Assembly (NCBI RefSeq): GCF_002925905.1 | Contig: NZ_PRDB01000022.1 | Coordinates: 7,033-39,032 of the forward strand | Direction of reading: 5' to 3' | From: Klebsiella michiganensis | GTDB taxonomy: Bacteria > Pseudomonadota > Gammaproteobacteria > Enterobacterales > Enterobacteriaceae | Length of the DNA: 32,000 nt | Shown: piece by piece, positions 25,492-32,000 of the stretch | Position numbering within the stretch: position 1 is the stretch's first letter | Layout of the letters: every line of letters begins with the position of its first letter | Translations under genes and position numbers: made by a program | Notes under the pieces: generated by a model | What the model was told of the DNA's origin: nothing | Database searches by the model: none | Seen by the model: only the letters and a program-made list of their open reading frames with translations

Positions 25492-26145
25492 ATGAACGGG
25501 ATACATGATCTGGGGGGGATGCACGGCCTTGTCCCGATCCCTACCGAGGAAAACGAGCCCTATTTCCATCATGAGTGGGAACGCCGGGTATTTCCTCTGT
25601 TCGCCTCGTTGTTCGTCGGCGGACACTTTAACGTCGATGAATTTCGCCACGCCATCGAACGTATGGCGCCGACCGAATATTTGCAGTCGAGTTACTACGA
25701 GCACTGGCTGCATGCATTCGAAACGCTGCTGCTGGCAAAGGGGGTGATCACCGTTGAAGAACTGTGGGGTGGCGCGAAGCCTGCCCCCTGCAAGCCTGGC
25801 ACACCTGTGCTGACGCAGGAGATGGTGTCGATGGTAGTCAGCACCGGCGGGTCTGCTCGGGTCAGTCACGATGTTGCGCCCCGCTTCCGGGTGGGCGATT
25901 GGGTACGAACGAAAAATTTCAACCCGACCACCCATACCCGCCTGCCACGCTACGCACGCGATAAAGTCGGTCGCATAGAGATCGCTCACGGTGTGTTTAT
26001 CACGCCAGATACTGCGGCGCACGGGCTGGGCGAACATCCCCAACATGTTTACAGCGTCAGTTTCACCGCGCAGGCGCTGTGGGGAGAGCCGCGCCCTGAC
26101 AAAGTGTTCATCGATCTGTGGGACGACTATCTGGAGGAAGCATGA
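25492..26145 (+). CDS. nthB: nitrile hydratase beta subunit
   Basis: MNGIHDLGGMHG...EPYFHHEWERRVF is the canonical NHase beta N-terminus. AAGGAG RBS. Confidence 0.9.
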   Translation: MNGIHDLGGMHGLVPIPTEENEPYFHHEWERRVFPLFASLFVGGHFNVDEFRHAIERMAPTEYLQSSYYEHWLHAFETLLLAKGVITVEELWGGAKPAPCKPGTPVLTQEMVSMVVSTGGSARVSHDVAPRFRVGDWVRTKNFNPTTHTRLPRYARDKVGRIEIAHGVFITPDTAAHGLGEHPQHVYSVSFTAQALWGEPRPDKVFIDLWDDYLEEA

Positions 26146-26609
26146 ATACGGTAGCACAACACGATTACGCCGCCCTCGGGTTACCGCGCGATGAGGAAGG
26201 GCCGGTGTTTGATAAGCCCTGGCAGGCAAAAGCGTTCTCCCTGATAGTCCATCTCCACCGGGCCGGGCTGTTCCCGTGGGCAGAATGGGTACAGACATTC
26301 AGTAAAGAGATCAACGCGGCGCCGGCGCAACCGGGTGAAAGCGCGAATGATGCCTACTATCGTCAGTGGACGGCGGCGATGGAAAACATGATGACGGCAC
26401 TCAACCTGACGGTGCCGGATGAAATCAGCCGACGGACGCAGGAGTGGCGCAAGGCGTATCTCAACACGCCCCACGGCCAGCCGATTGTACTGGCGAACGC
26501 CAGTTGCCCGCCGGCACATAGCCATCATCACCTTTCGCCGGGCGTGCCGGTCACGGTGAGTCCGGCACTCGCTACCAACAGCAAAATCGATAATGGAGTT
26601 ACACCATGA
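26142..26609 (+). CDS. nitrile hydratase accessory (activator/metallochaperone) protein
   Basis: ATGA overlap with nthB. PVFDKPWQAKAFSLIVHLHRAGLFPWAEWVQ resembles the beta-homologous accessory proteins. The tail is His-rich (AHSHHH). Confidence 0.75.
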   Translation: MNTVAQHDYAALGLPRDEEGPVFDKPWQAKAFSLIVHLHRAGLFPWAEWVQTFSKEINAAPAQPGESANDAYYRQWTAAMENMMTALNLTVPDEISRRTQEWRKAYLNTPHGQPIVLANASCPPAHSHHHLSPGVPVTVSPALATNSKIDNGVTP

Positions 26610-26815
26610 GTGATATCACCCTTAATGCCCACACCCCGGCTGCTCCCATTCCTGTCGCGAAACTGCTGCCCTGGGCGCTGTTCACCGCCCTGCTGGCGCT
26701 GCTGGCCATCTATTTCGTTGGCGCAGAACAAGGCGCAACGTCGATGTTTTCCGGCACGCAGGTGCATGAATTCTTCCACGACGCACGTCATCTGTTGGGC
26801 TTTCCCTGCCACTGA
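26606..26815 (+). CDS. cbtB: CbtB (small subunit of putative cobalt transporter)
   Basis: 69 aa with one TM helix and the conserved C-terminus HEFFHDARHLLGFPCH. ATGA overlap with the previous gene. Confidence 0.8.
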   Translation: MSDITLNAHTPAAPIPVAKLLPWALFTALLALLAIYFVGAEQGATSMFSGTQVHEFFHDARHLLGFPCH

Positions 26816-26825
26816 GGAGGCGGAA

Positions 26826-27581
26826 ATGATTGGCAAACTGTTATTTAAAGGGATGATGGCCGGCGTTCTGGCCGGGATGGTGGCATTTGCCTTTGCACAC
26901 CATTTCGGCGAGCCGCAGGTCGATCGCGCGATTGGCCTGGAAAAAAGCATGTCAGCTCACGCTCACCACCACGGCGCGTCAGCAGACGGCGAAGAAGAAG
27001 AGATGTTTAGCCGACAGACCCAGTCCGGGATTGGCCTGATGACCGGCATGGCGCTGTTTGGCGCCGCGCTGGGCGGCGGTCTGGCGCTGGCGTGGGCCTT
27101 TAGCTACCAGCGCTTTGGGCCATCGGACCCGCGTGTGCTGGCGTTGTGCCTGGCGCTGGCCGGCTTCCTGGCAATGAGCCTGATGCCAGGTCTGAAATAC
27201 CCGCCCAATCCGCCCGCAGTCGGCAACCCGGAGACCATCGGCTATCGTACCGGGCTCTATTTCGTCATGATGCTGCTTTCTATCGGCATCGTCATCGCGG
27301 CCGCGTGGTTATCACATCAGCTCACGCCGCGCCTCGGCAGAGGGAATGCGATGATGTGGGCAACGCTGTTCGCCGTGGCGCTGATGCTCGTGGTTTGTGC
27401 CCTGATGCCGACAGTGAATGAAGTCTCCGACCACTTCCCGGCGGACCTGCTATGGCGTTTCCGCATAAGTTCCTTCGGCACGCATCTGGTGCTCTGGGGC
27501 GTCATCGGCGTGGCTTTCGGTGCTTTAGCCGAACGCACGCCGACGACACGCGAACATCGCCCGGCCTTCCGGCGCGGTTAA
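26826..27581 (+). CDS. cbtA: CbtA (large subunit of putative cobalt transporter)
   Basis: The ATG at 26826 follows GAGGAGG. It is a multi-TM protein with a His-rich loop (SAHAHHHG). The 26610 start in the ORF track overlaps cbtB and is rejected. Confidence 0.75.
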   Translation: MIGKLLFKGMMAGVLAGMVAFAFAHHFGEPQVDRAIGLEKSMSAHAHHHGASADGEEEEMFSRQTQSGIGLMTGMALFGAALGGGLALAWAFSYQRFGPSDPRVLALCLALAGFLAMSLMPGLKYPPNPPAVGNPETIGYRTGLYFVMMLLSIGIVIAAAWLSHQLTPRLGRGNAMMWATLFAVALMLVVCALMPTVNEVSDHFPADLLWRFRISSFGTHLVLWGVIGVAFGALAERTPTTREHRPAFRRG

Positions 27582-27585
27582 CAAC

Positions 27586-28155
27586 ATGAGAGCGTCGCTA
27601 ACGCTGATTTGTCAGGGAGAAACGGCAGCCTCCAGAGGTTCACACTTTCCCTGTGATGACCCTCTGGAGGCGCGGGAGTGGCAACGGGCGCGCCAGCTAC
27701 AAAGCAGTGTCGCCCGTTATCACCGCGTCTGGTTCTCCCCGGACGCCGCCGCCAGGCAAACCGCCGCAGCGCTCTCTTTACAGGGTACGCCAGTGACGGA
27801 ACTGGCGGAGCCCGACTACGGCATCTGGGCCGGTCGGCCAGTGCGTGAGGTGATGATGCAAGACGCCGAAGCGTTCCAGGCCTGGCTGGAGGGTGCCGCT
27901 CCCCCGGGCGGAGAGTCACGTGCTCAGCTGCTGGCGCGCTGTGGCAGTTGGCTGGCTAAACACGTCGATATTCGAGGTCGCCACTGTGCCATTGCGCCTG
28001 CCGCCGCAATCCGCGCCACGATCGTCGACGTTCTCGGCGCCCCGCTTCACTCATTTGCGCGTATCGACATCCACCCGCTGAGCATCACCGAGTTGCGCAG
28101 CGACGGACGGCGCTGGAATTTGTGTTTATTAAAGGGCCACATAAATAGTGAATAG
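27586..28155 (+). CDS. histidine-phosphatase-superfamily-like protein with degenerate catalytic motif
   Basis: 189 aa. The N-terminus LTLICQGETAAS occupies the place of the canonical RHGET motif, and IAPAAAIRATI sits where the second catalytic His region normally lies. Confidence 0.5.
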   Translation: MRASLTLICQGETAASRGSHFPCDDPLEAREWQRARQLQSSVARYHRVWFSPDAAARQTAAALSLQGTPVTELAEPDYGIWAGRPVREVMMQDAEAFQAWLEGAAPPGGESRAQLLARCGSWLAKHVDIRGRHCAIAPAAAIRATIVDVLGAPLHSFARIDIHPLSITELRSDGRRWNLCLLKGHINSE

Positions 28156-28328
28156 ACCACGTTCAGCCAGCGGACGGACGTCTGTCACATTTTTAACCCT
28201 TCCATAAATCAGGTCCGACACTCCCCTCGTGTCATTCATATACGCTTTCATCATGGGGATGATATTGAACCAGTGGTTTCAAGATTACGCGAACCACCAT
28301 TGAGCTGAAGTACCAGCCAGTAATATGG

Positions 28329-29231
28329 CTACCTGTGGCTGGAGCAGGCCATTATTTGGTCGATAAGCCAGCGGCCTGCCTGGCCTGGCGGATTATCCAC
28401 ACGATACACTGCTGACATCAACATACTGACCCCACCCTGAGGTTCTTCCTCAATGGCCAGACGTACGAGGCGACCACTATCCAGATCGGTCTGCACGGTG
28501 TGGAGAGGCATTCCTCCCCAGCCCAGTCCATTAAGCAGGAATGCGCGCTTGGCAAACAGGTCAGCGAGTTTCCATGTTTTGGGAGACATTACGCCAAAAT
28601 CGCGCCCTTTTGAATGTTCAGAACGATCGGTCAGTACCAGCTGAACATGGTTTGCGAGTTCACTCTGCGGGATTGGGCCTGGATACGCTGCCAGTGGGTG
28701 CTCTGCCGCAGCTACCATTGCAAAAGGAATATTCACCAAAGGTTCAGTGATGATTCCGGGGGGCGTCAATGGCAGGAAACCAACAATACCCACCGTGGCT
28801 CGTCTATCCAGAACGGGCTGGAAAGTAGCGCCAAGAGCTTCTACGTACACATGAAGCGGTACTGCCGGGAACTGTTGACGAAACTCTTTAGCGACTCCCG
28901 CAAGGGCATCAATGGGAAAAAAGACATCCACAACCACAGCCAGTTCGGGTTCCAGTCCGGCCGCCATGCCTTTTGCCTGCGATTTCATGGCATCCACAAT
29001 AGAAACGGCTTTTCGCGCGCTGACAAGCAATGCCGAGCCTGCAGGTGTCAGCAATGGATAGCGCCCTGAGCGATCGAATAAGGTGACACCTAATTGCAGT
29101 TCCAGCCCACGCACAAGCTCACTGGCTGCTGACTGAGCCCGGCCAAGACGACGGGCAGCGGCCGAGAAGCTCCCTTCATCTACAGCAGCAACAAATGTTC
29201 GAAGCTGGTCGAGCGATATTCCGTCAAGCAT
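28329..29231 (-). CDS. LysR-family transcriptional regulator
   Basis: wHTH LRTFVAAVDEGSFSAAARRLGRAQSAASELVRGLELQLG. It is divergent from the azoreductase-like operon. Confidence 0.85.
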   Translation of the reverse strand: MLDGISLDQLRTFVAAVDEGSFSAAARRLGRAQSAASELVRGLELQLGVTLFDRSGRYPLLTPAGSALLVSARKAVSIVDAMKSQAKGMAAGLEPELAVVVDVFFPIDALAGVAKEFRQQFPAVPLHVYVEALGATFQPVLDRRATVGIVGFLPLTPPGIITEPLVNIPFAMVAAAEHPLAAYPGPIPQSELANHVQLVLTDRSEHSKGRDFGVMSPKTWKLADLFAKRAFLLNGLGWGGMPLHTVQTDLDSGRLVRLAIEEEPQGGVSMLMSAVYRVDNPPGQAGRWLIDQIMACSSHR

Positions 29232-29366
29232 AAACCCTCACCAATGTATCTGAATTCAAGATGGTATCCATAAGATTATAACGGCTGTTCAGATGCATTC
29301 GTAGGTGCAATTATGGTGGCGCACTATTTTTTACGTTGACCATAGTCCACTCACCGGAGATTTAAT

Positions 29367-29981
29367 ATGACTACTATTCTGCATATCGACTCGAGCATCC
29401 TGGGTAGCAACTCTGTCAGCCGCAGCCTGACTGCTGAAATCGTCGCTAAAGAAGTGAAATTAAACCCTGGAGCCACACTTCTGCGACGCGATCTTGTTGC
29501 AGATGAATTGCAGCATTTGAGCCCTGCCCATCTGGCTGTGTTTCAGGGAAATACACCGACTTCAGAATCGTTAGCGAACGACATCGCTCTGGGCAGCACC
29601 TACATCGATGAGTTGTTCTCAGCGGATATCATTATTATTGGCGTTCCGATGTACAACTTTTCGCTTCCGAGCCAACTCAAGGCATGGCTGGATCGTGTAC
29701 TTGTCGCGGGAAGGACATTCCACTACACCGCGAATGGTCCGGAAGGTCTGCTTCCAGCAGGTAAAAAAGTGTATATCGCTTCAACTCGCGGTGGCGTTTA
29801 CAGCGGTACCAGCCCTGTCGCCCATCTTGACCATCAGGAAACGTTGCTTACCGCTGCGCTTAATTTCATCGGACTCTCTGACATCACCATTTTTCGTGCG
29901 GAAGGTCTTGCTCTGGGAGATGACGCCAGAGCAACGGCACTTGCCAGGGCGAAGAACGAGGTTGAAACAACGGTTATCTGA
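29367..29981 (+). CDS. azoR: FMN-dependent NADH-azoreductase / flavodoxin-like quinone reductase
   Basis: ILHIDSSILGSNSVSR N-terminus, PMYNFSLPSQLKAWLDRV motif, 204 aa. Confidence 0.8.
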   Translation: MTTILHIDSSILGSNSVSRSLTAEIVAKEVKLNPGATLLRRDLVADELQHLSPAHLAVFQGNTPTSESLANDIALGSTYIDELFSADIIIIGVPMYNFSLPSQLKAWLDRVLVAGRTFHYTANGPEGLLPAGKKVYIASTRGGVYSGTSPVAHLDHQETLLTAALNFIGLSDITIFRAEGLALGDDARATALARAKNEVETTVI

Positions 29982-30026
29982 CCCGTGACCGGGGTTACGT
30001 TGAAAAACCGACACAAGGAGTTAAAT

Positions 30027-31079
30027 GTGGAAATAGGCATAAACAGTTTCGCTTCACTTTTACCTGAAAGGAACAATGGGCGTATACCTAATCCGGCGGA
30101 ACGTCTTGCGGCATTACTGGAGGAAATCACTCTTGCCGACGAGGCTGGTATAGATGTGTTTGGTGTCGGTGAACATCATCGTACTGATTTCGCCGATTCG
30201 TCACCTGCTGTCATTCTTGCGGCGGCCGCCGCACGAACGAAAAAAATCAGACTAACCAGCGCGGTATCGGTTCTCAGTACGGTTGATCCGGTGAGGTTGT
30301 TTCAGGACTTCTCCACCCTGGATCTGCTCTCGCAGGGCCGTGCCGAAATCACCGTTGGTCGTGGTTCTTTTGCAGAAGCTTATTCGCTATTTGGTCACTC
30401 CAGGGATGACTATGACGCTCTATTTACAGAGAAGCTTGAACTTTTGCAGCAACTTGTCAGGGAAACACACATCACATGGTCAGGCCGTTACCGTCCAGCG
30501 CTTACGGGCCAGGGCGTCTATCCCCGGCCAATGCAGAATCCGCTGCCGGTTTGGGTAGGTGTTGGCGGGACACCGCACTCCTTCATCCGGGCCGGAGCTG
30601 CGGGTCTGCCGCTGATGGTGGCGCTTATCGGGGGCAGACCCGATCGTTTCCGGCCATTAATCGACCTCTACCTGCAGGCCGGTATTCGTGCCGGCTACCA
30701 TCGCGAACAGCTTAGGGTGGGGCTACATGTTACCGGCTTTGTGGCTGACTCCGCGAAAGCAGCAAAGGACGCGTTTTACCCAGGCTGGCTGCATACTTTC
30801 ACACAAGTGGGCAAAGAGCGCGGTTGGGGGCCAGTGACGCGTGAGCAATTTGATGCCTCCTGTAGCCCTGATGGAGCATACCTCGTTGGCGATCCGCCAA
30901 CCGTGATAGCCAAAGCACAGGCAATATCGACATCATTGGGCGGTATTGACCGGCTGTCATTTCAGATGAGTGCTGCCACTGCAGGATCTGAGGCAATGGG
31001 TCATTCAATCAAACTTATCGGACACGAAGTGGCTGCGGCCCTTCGTGAAAAAAAGCACACAGCCAGAATTGTATATTGA
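30027..31079 (+). CDS. LLM-class (luciferase-like) flavin-dependent oxidoreductase
   Basis: The GTG at 30027 lies 6 nt after AAGGAG. (V)EIGINSF..., FGVGEHH and TVGRGSF motifs are present. The alternative GTG at 29985 has no RBS. Confidence 0.75.
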   Translation: MEIGINSFASLLPERNNGRIPNPAERLAALLEEITLADEAGIDVFGVGEHHRTDFADSSPAVILAAAAARTKKIRLTSAVSVLSTVDPVRLFQDFSTLDLLSQGRAEITVGRGSFAEAYSLFGHSRDDYDALFTEKLELLQQLVRETHITWSGRYRPALTGQGVYPRPMQNPLPVWVGVGGTPHSFIRAGAAGLPLMVALIGGRPDRFRPLIDLYLQAGIRAGYHREQLRVGLHVTGFVADSAKAAKDAFYPGWLHTFTQVGKERGWGPVTREQFDASCSPDGAYLVGDPPTVIAKAQAISTSLGGIDRLSFQMSAATAGSEAMGHSIKLIGHEVAAALREKKHTARIVY

Positions 31080-31092
31080 AGGAAAATCTATC

Positions 31093-31938
31093 ATGACCGA
31101 TTCTCTTGAGAGCCAGGGCGTGAATCGCGCCATTGCCTACCGTACGAAGGGCCATCGATTAGGCCCCATTACGCGATTACTGAGCCCGGATGATCTGGGA
31201 GATGATATCAAGCCGTTCGTTTTTCTTGATTTGTTTGAGTTCTTCCCACCGTATAACCGCGGTTTTATACCTCATTCACATTCAGGTATTGCAACCCTTA
31301 CGGCCTTCTTTGAAGGTGGTATGACTTACGGGGATACCACAGGAAAACAAGGTTCCATGTCTGATGGTTCTGTGGAGTGGATGCGAGCAGGTAGTGGGGT
31401 CTGGCATGCGGGTGAGCCCTTACCGGGGAAAGTCATGCGAGGTTTTCAGCTCTGGGTGGCTTTACCGCCTGAACTGGAACTGGCATCGGCAGAAAGCCTT
31501 TATTTCGAAGCTGAAGCTATTATGCACGATGGCCCAGCCCGTATTTTACTGGGACAGTACAATGGCAGGACCAGTCCAGTCCCTTCACCAGCATCAATGA
31601 CTTATCTGCACGTGCGGCTTTCAGATGGTCAGAAGTGGACTTATCAGCCGCAGGCAGATCATGATATCGCATGGCTGGCAACTAACGCCGGGCAACTGGA
31701 GATCGGAAATACCCTGCTCGAACGTGAGCTGGCAATTTTCGCAGAAGGTCATGGGGCTATCAGCATCACGGCTCATGAAGCGGCCGAATTTGTGATCGGA
31801 TCAGCGGTCAAACACCCTTACCCTCTCATCCGGGAGGCTTCCTCTGTCCATACAAACGCGGCTTCGCTGGCAGAAGGAGAACGAACTATCGCCTCTATTC
31901 GCAACAGCCCGGCATTCAGTGCGCTTACATCGCGCTGA
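31093..31938 (+). CDS. pirin-family protein
   Basis: The cupin metal motif HSHSGIATLT...GSVEWMRAGSGVWHAGEP is present. I chose the ATG at 31093, because the 30970 start would overlap the LLM gene by 110 nt. Confidence 0.8.
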   Translation: MTDSLESQGVNRAIAYRTKGHRLGPITRLLSPDDLGDDIKPFVFLDLFEFFPPYNRGFIPHSHSGIATLTAFFEGGMTYGDTTGKQGSMSDGSVEWMRAGSGVWHAGEPLPGKVMRGFQLWVALPPELELASAESLYFEAEAIMHDGPARILLGQYNGRTSPVPSPASMTYLHVRLSDGQKWTYQPQADHDIAWLATNAGQLEIGNTLLERELAIFAEGHGAISITAHEAAEFVIGSAVKHPYPLIREASSVHTNAASLAEGERTIASIRNSPAFSALTSR

Positions 31939-32000
31939 TAACTCTCATCGATATTCAAAGAAAAATCATGACACGCCGTAGTCATACTCATAAAACTGTC

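Noticed and set aside
26610-27581. 323-aa version of the CbtA ORF starting at 26610.
   Set aside because: The N-terminal 72 codons overlap cbtB in another frame and look non-protein-like (Cys/Arg/Pro/Trp-rich). The ATG at 26826 has a GAGGAGG RBS.
31968-32000. ATG at 31968 opening a reading frame (MTRRSHTHKTV...) that runs off the window.
   Set aside because: Only 11 codons are visible, which is too little to call.

Overview
The window reads as an enterobacterial chromosome terminus (dif) region. The taxon guess, Klebsiella/Raoultella-like, is inference only.

Layout, left to right:
1. 1-1.5 kb: core genes, namely the tail of an ABC ATPase gene and a C45-type hydrolase.
2. ~1.7-9.3 kb: a block that looks AT-richer by eye. 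It carries a secreted GATase1-like protein, a TetR regulator, a lipocalin-like protein, an MFS pump, an Fe-type alcohol dehydrogenase, a LysR regulator and an NTF2-like protein. It also holds mobile-DNA debris: two relics of IS1202-group transposase genes, and a ~100-bp relic of the Tn903 central segment from which the aph(3')-Ia ORF has been cleanly deleted.
3. 9348-17871: a filamentous (inovirus) prophage with Ff-like gene order (Rep, ssDNA-binding protein, small membrane proteins, major coat, pIII-like, pVI-like, Zot/pI, pIV secretin, hairpin-rich intergenic region). It has no integrase. Its left end keeps two inverted dif-like sites around a hairpin, which is a CTX-type attP architecture. 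An IS903 copy with a 9-bp TSD sits in a phage intergenic hairpin.
4. 17872-20149: an intact 2278-bp IS1202-group IS with a passenger ORF. It is inserted 5 bp from the XerC arm of dif and has a 5-bp TSD.
5. 20155-20182: a 28/28 match to the E. coli dif consensus.
6. 20.3-28.2 kb: an AraC-linked Co-type nitrile hydratase/amidase cluster with an outer-membrane channel, truncated globin, accessory protein, CbtB/CbtA and a degenerate histidine-phosphatase-like gene. The alpha subunit gene is frameshifted in a C-run.
7. 28.3-32 kb: LysR regulator, azoreductase-like protein, LLM oxidoreductase and pirin.

The signals I would look at first are the Xer-dependent phage integration module, and the fact that two different IS1202-group elements lie in the same position and orientation beside successive dif XerC arms. 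All family calls come from motif recognition by eye. No searches were run.
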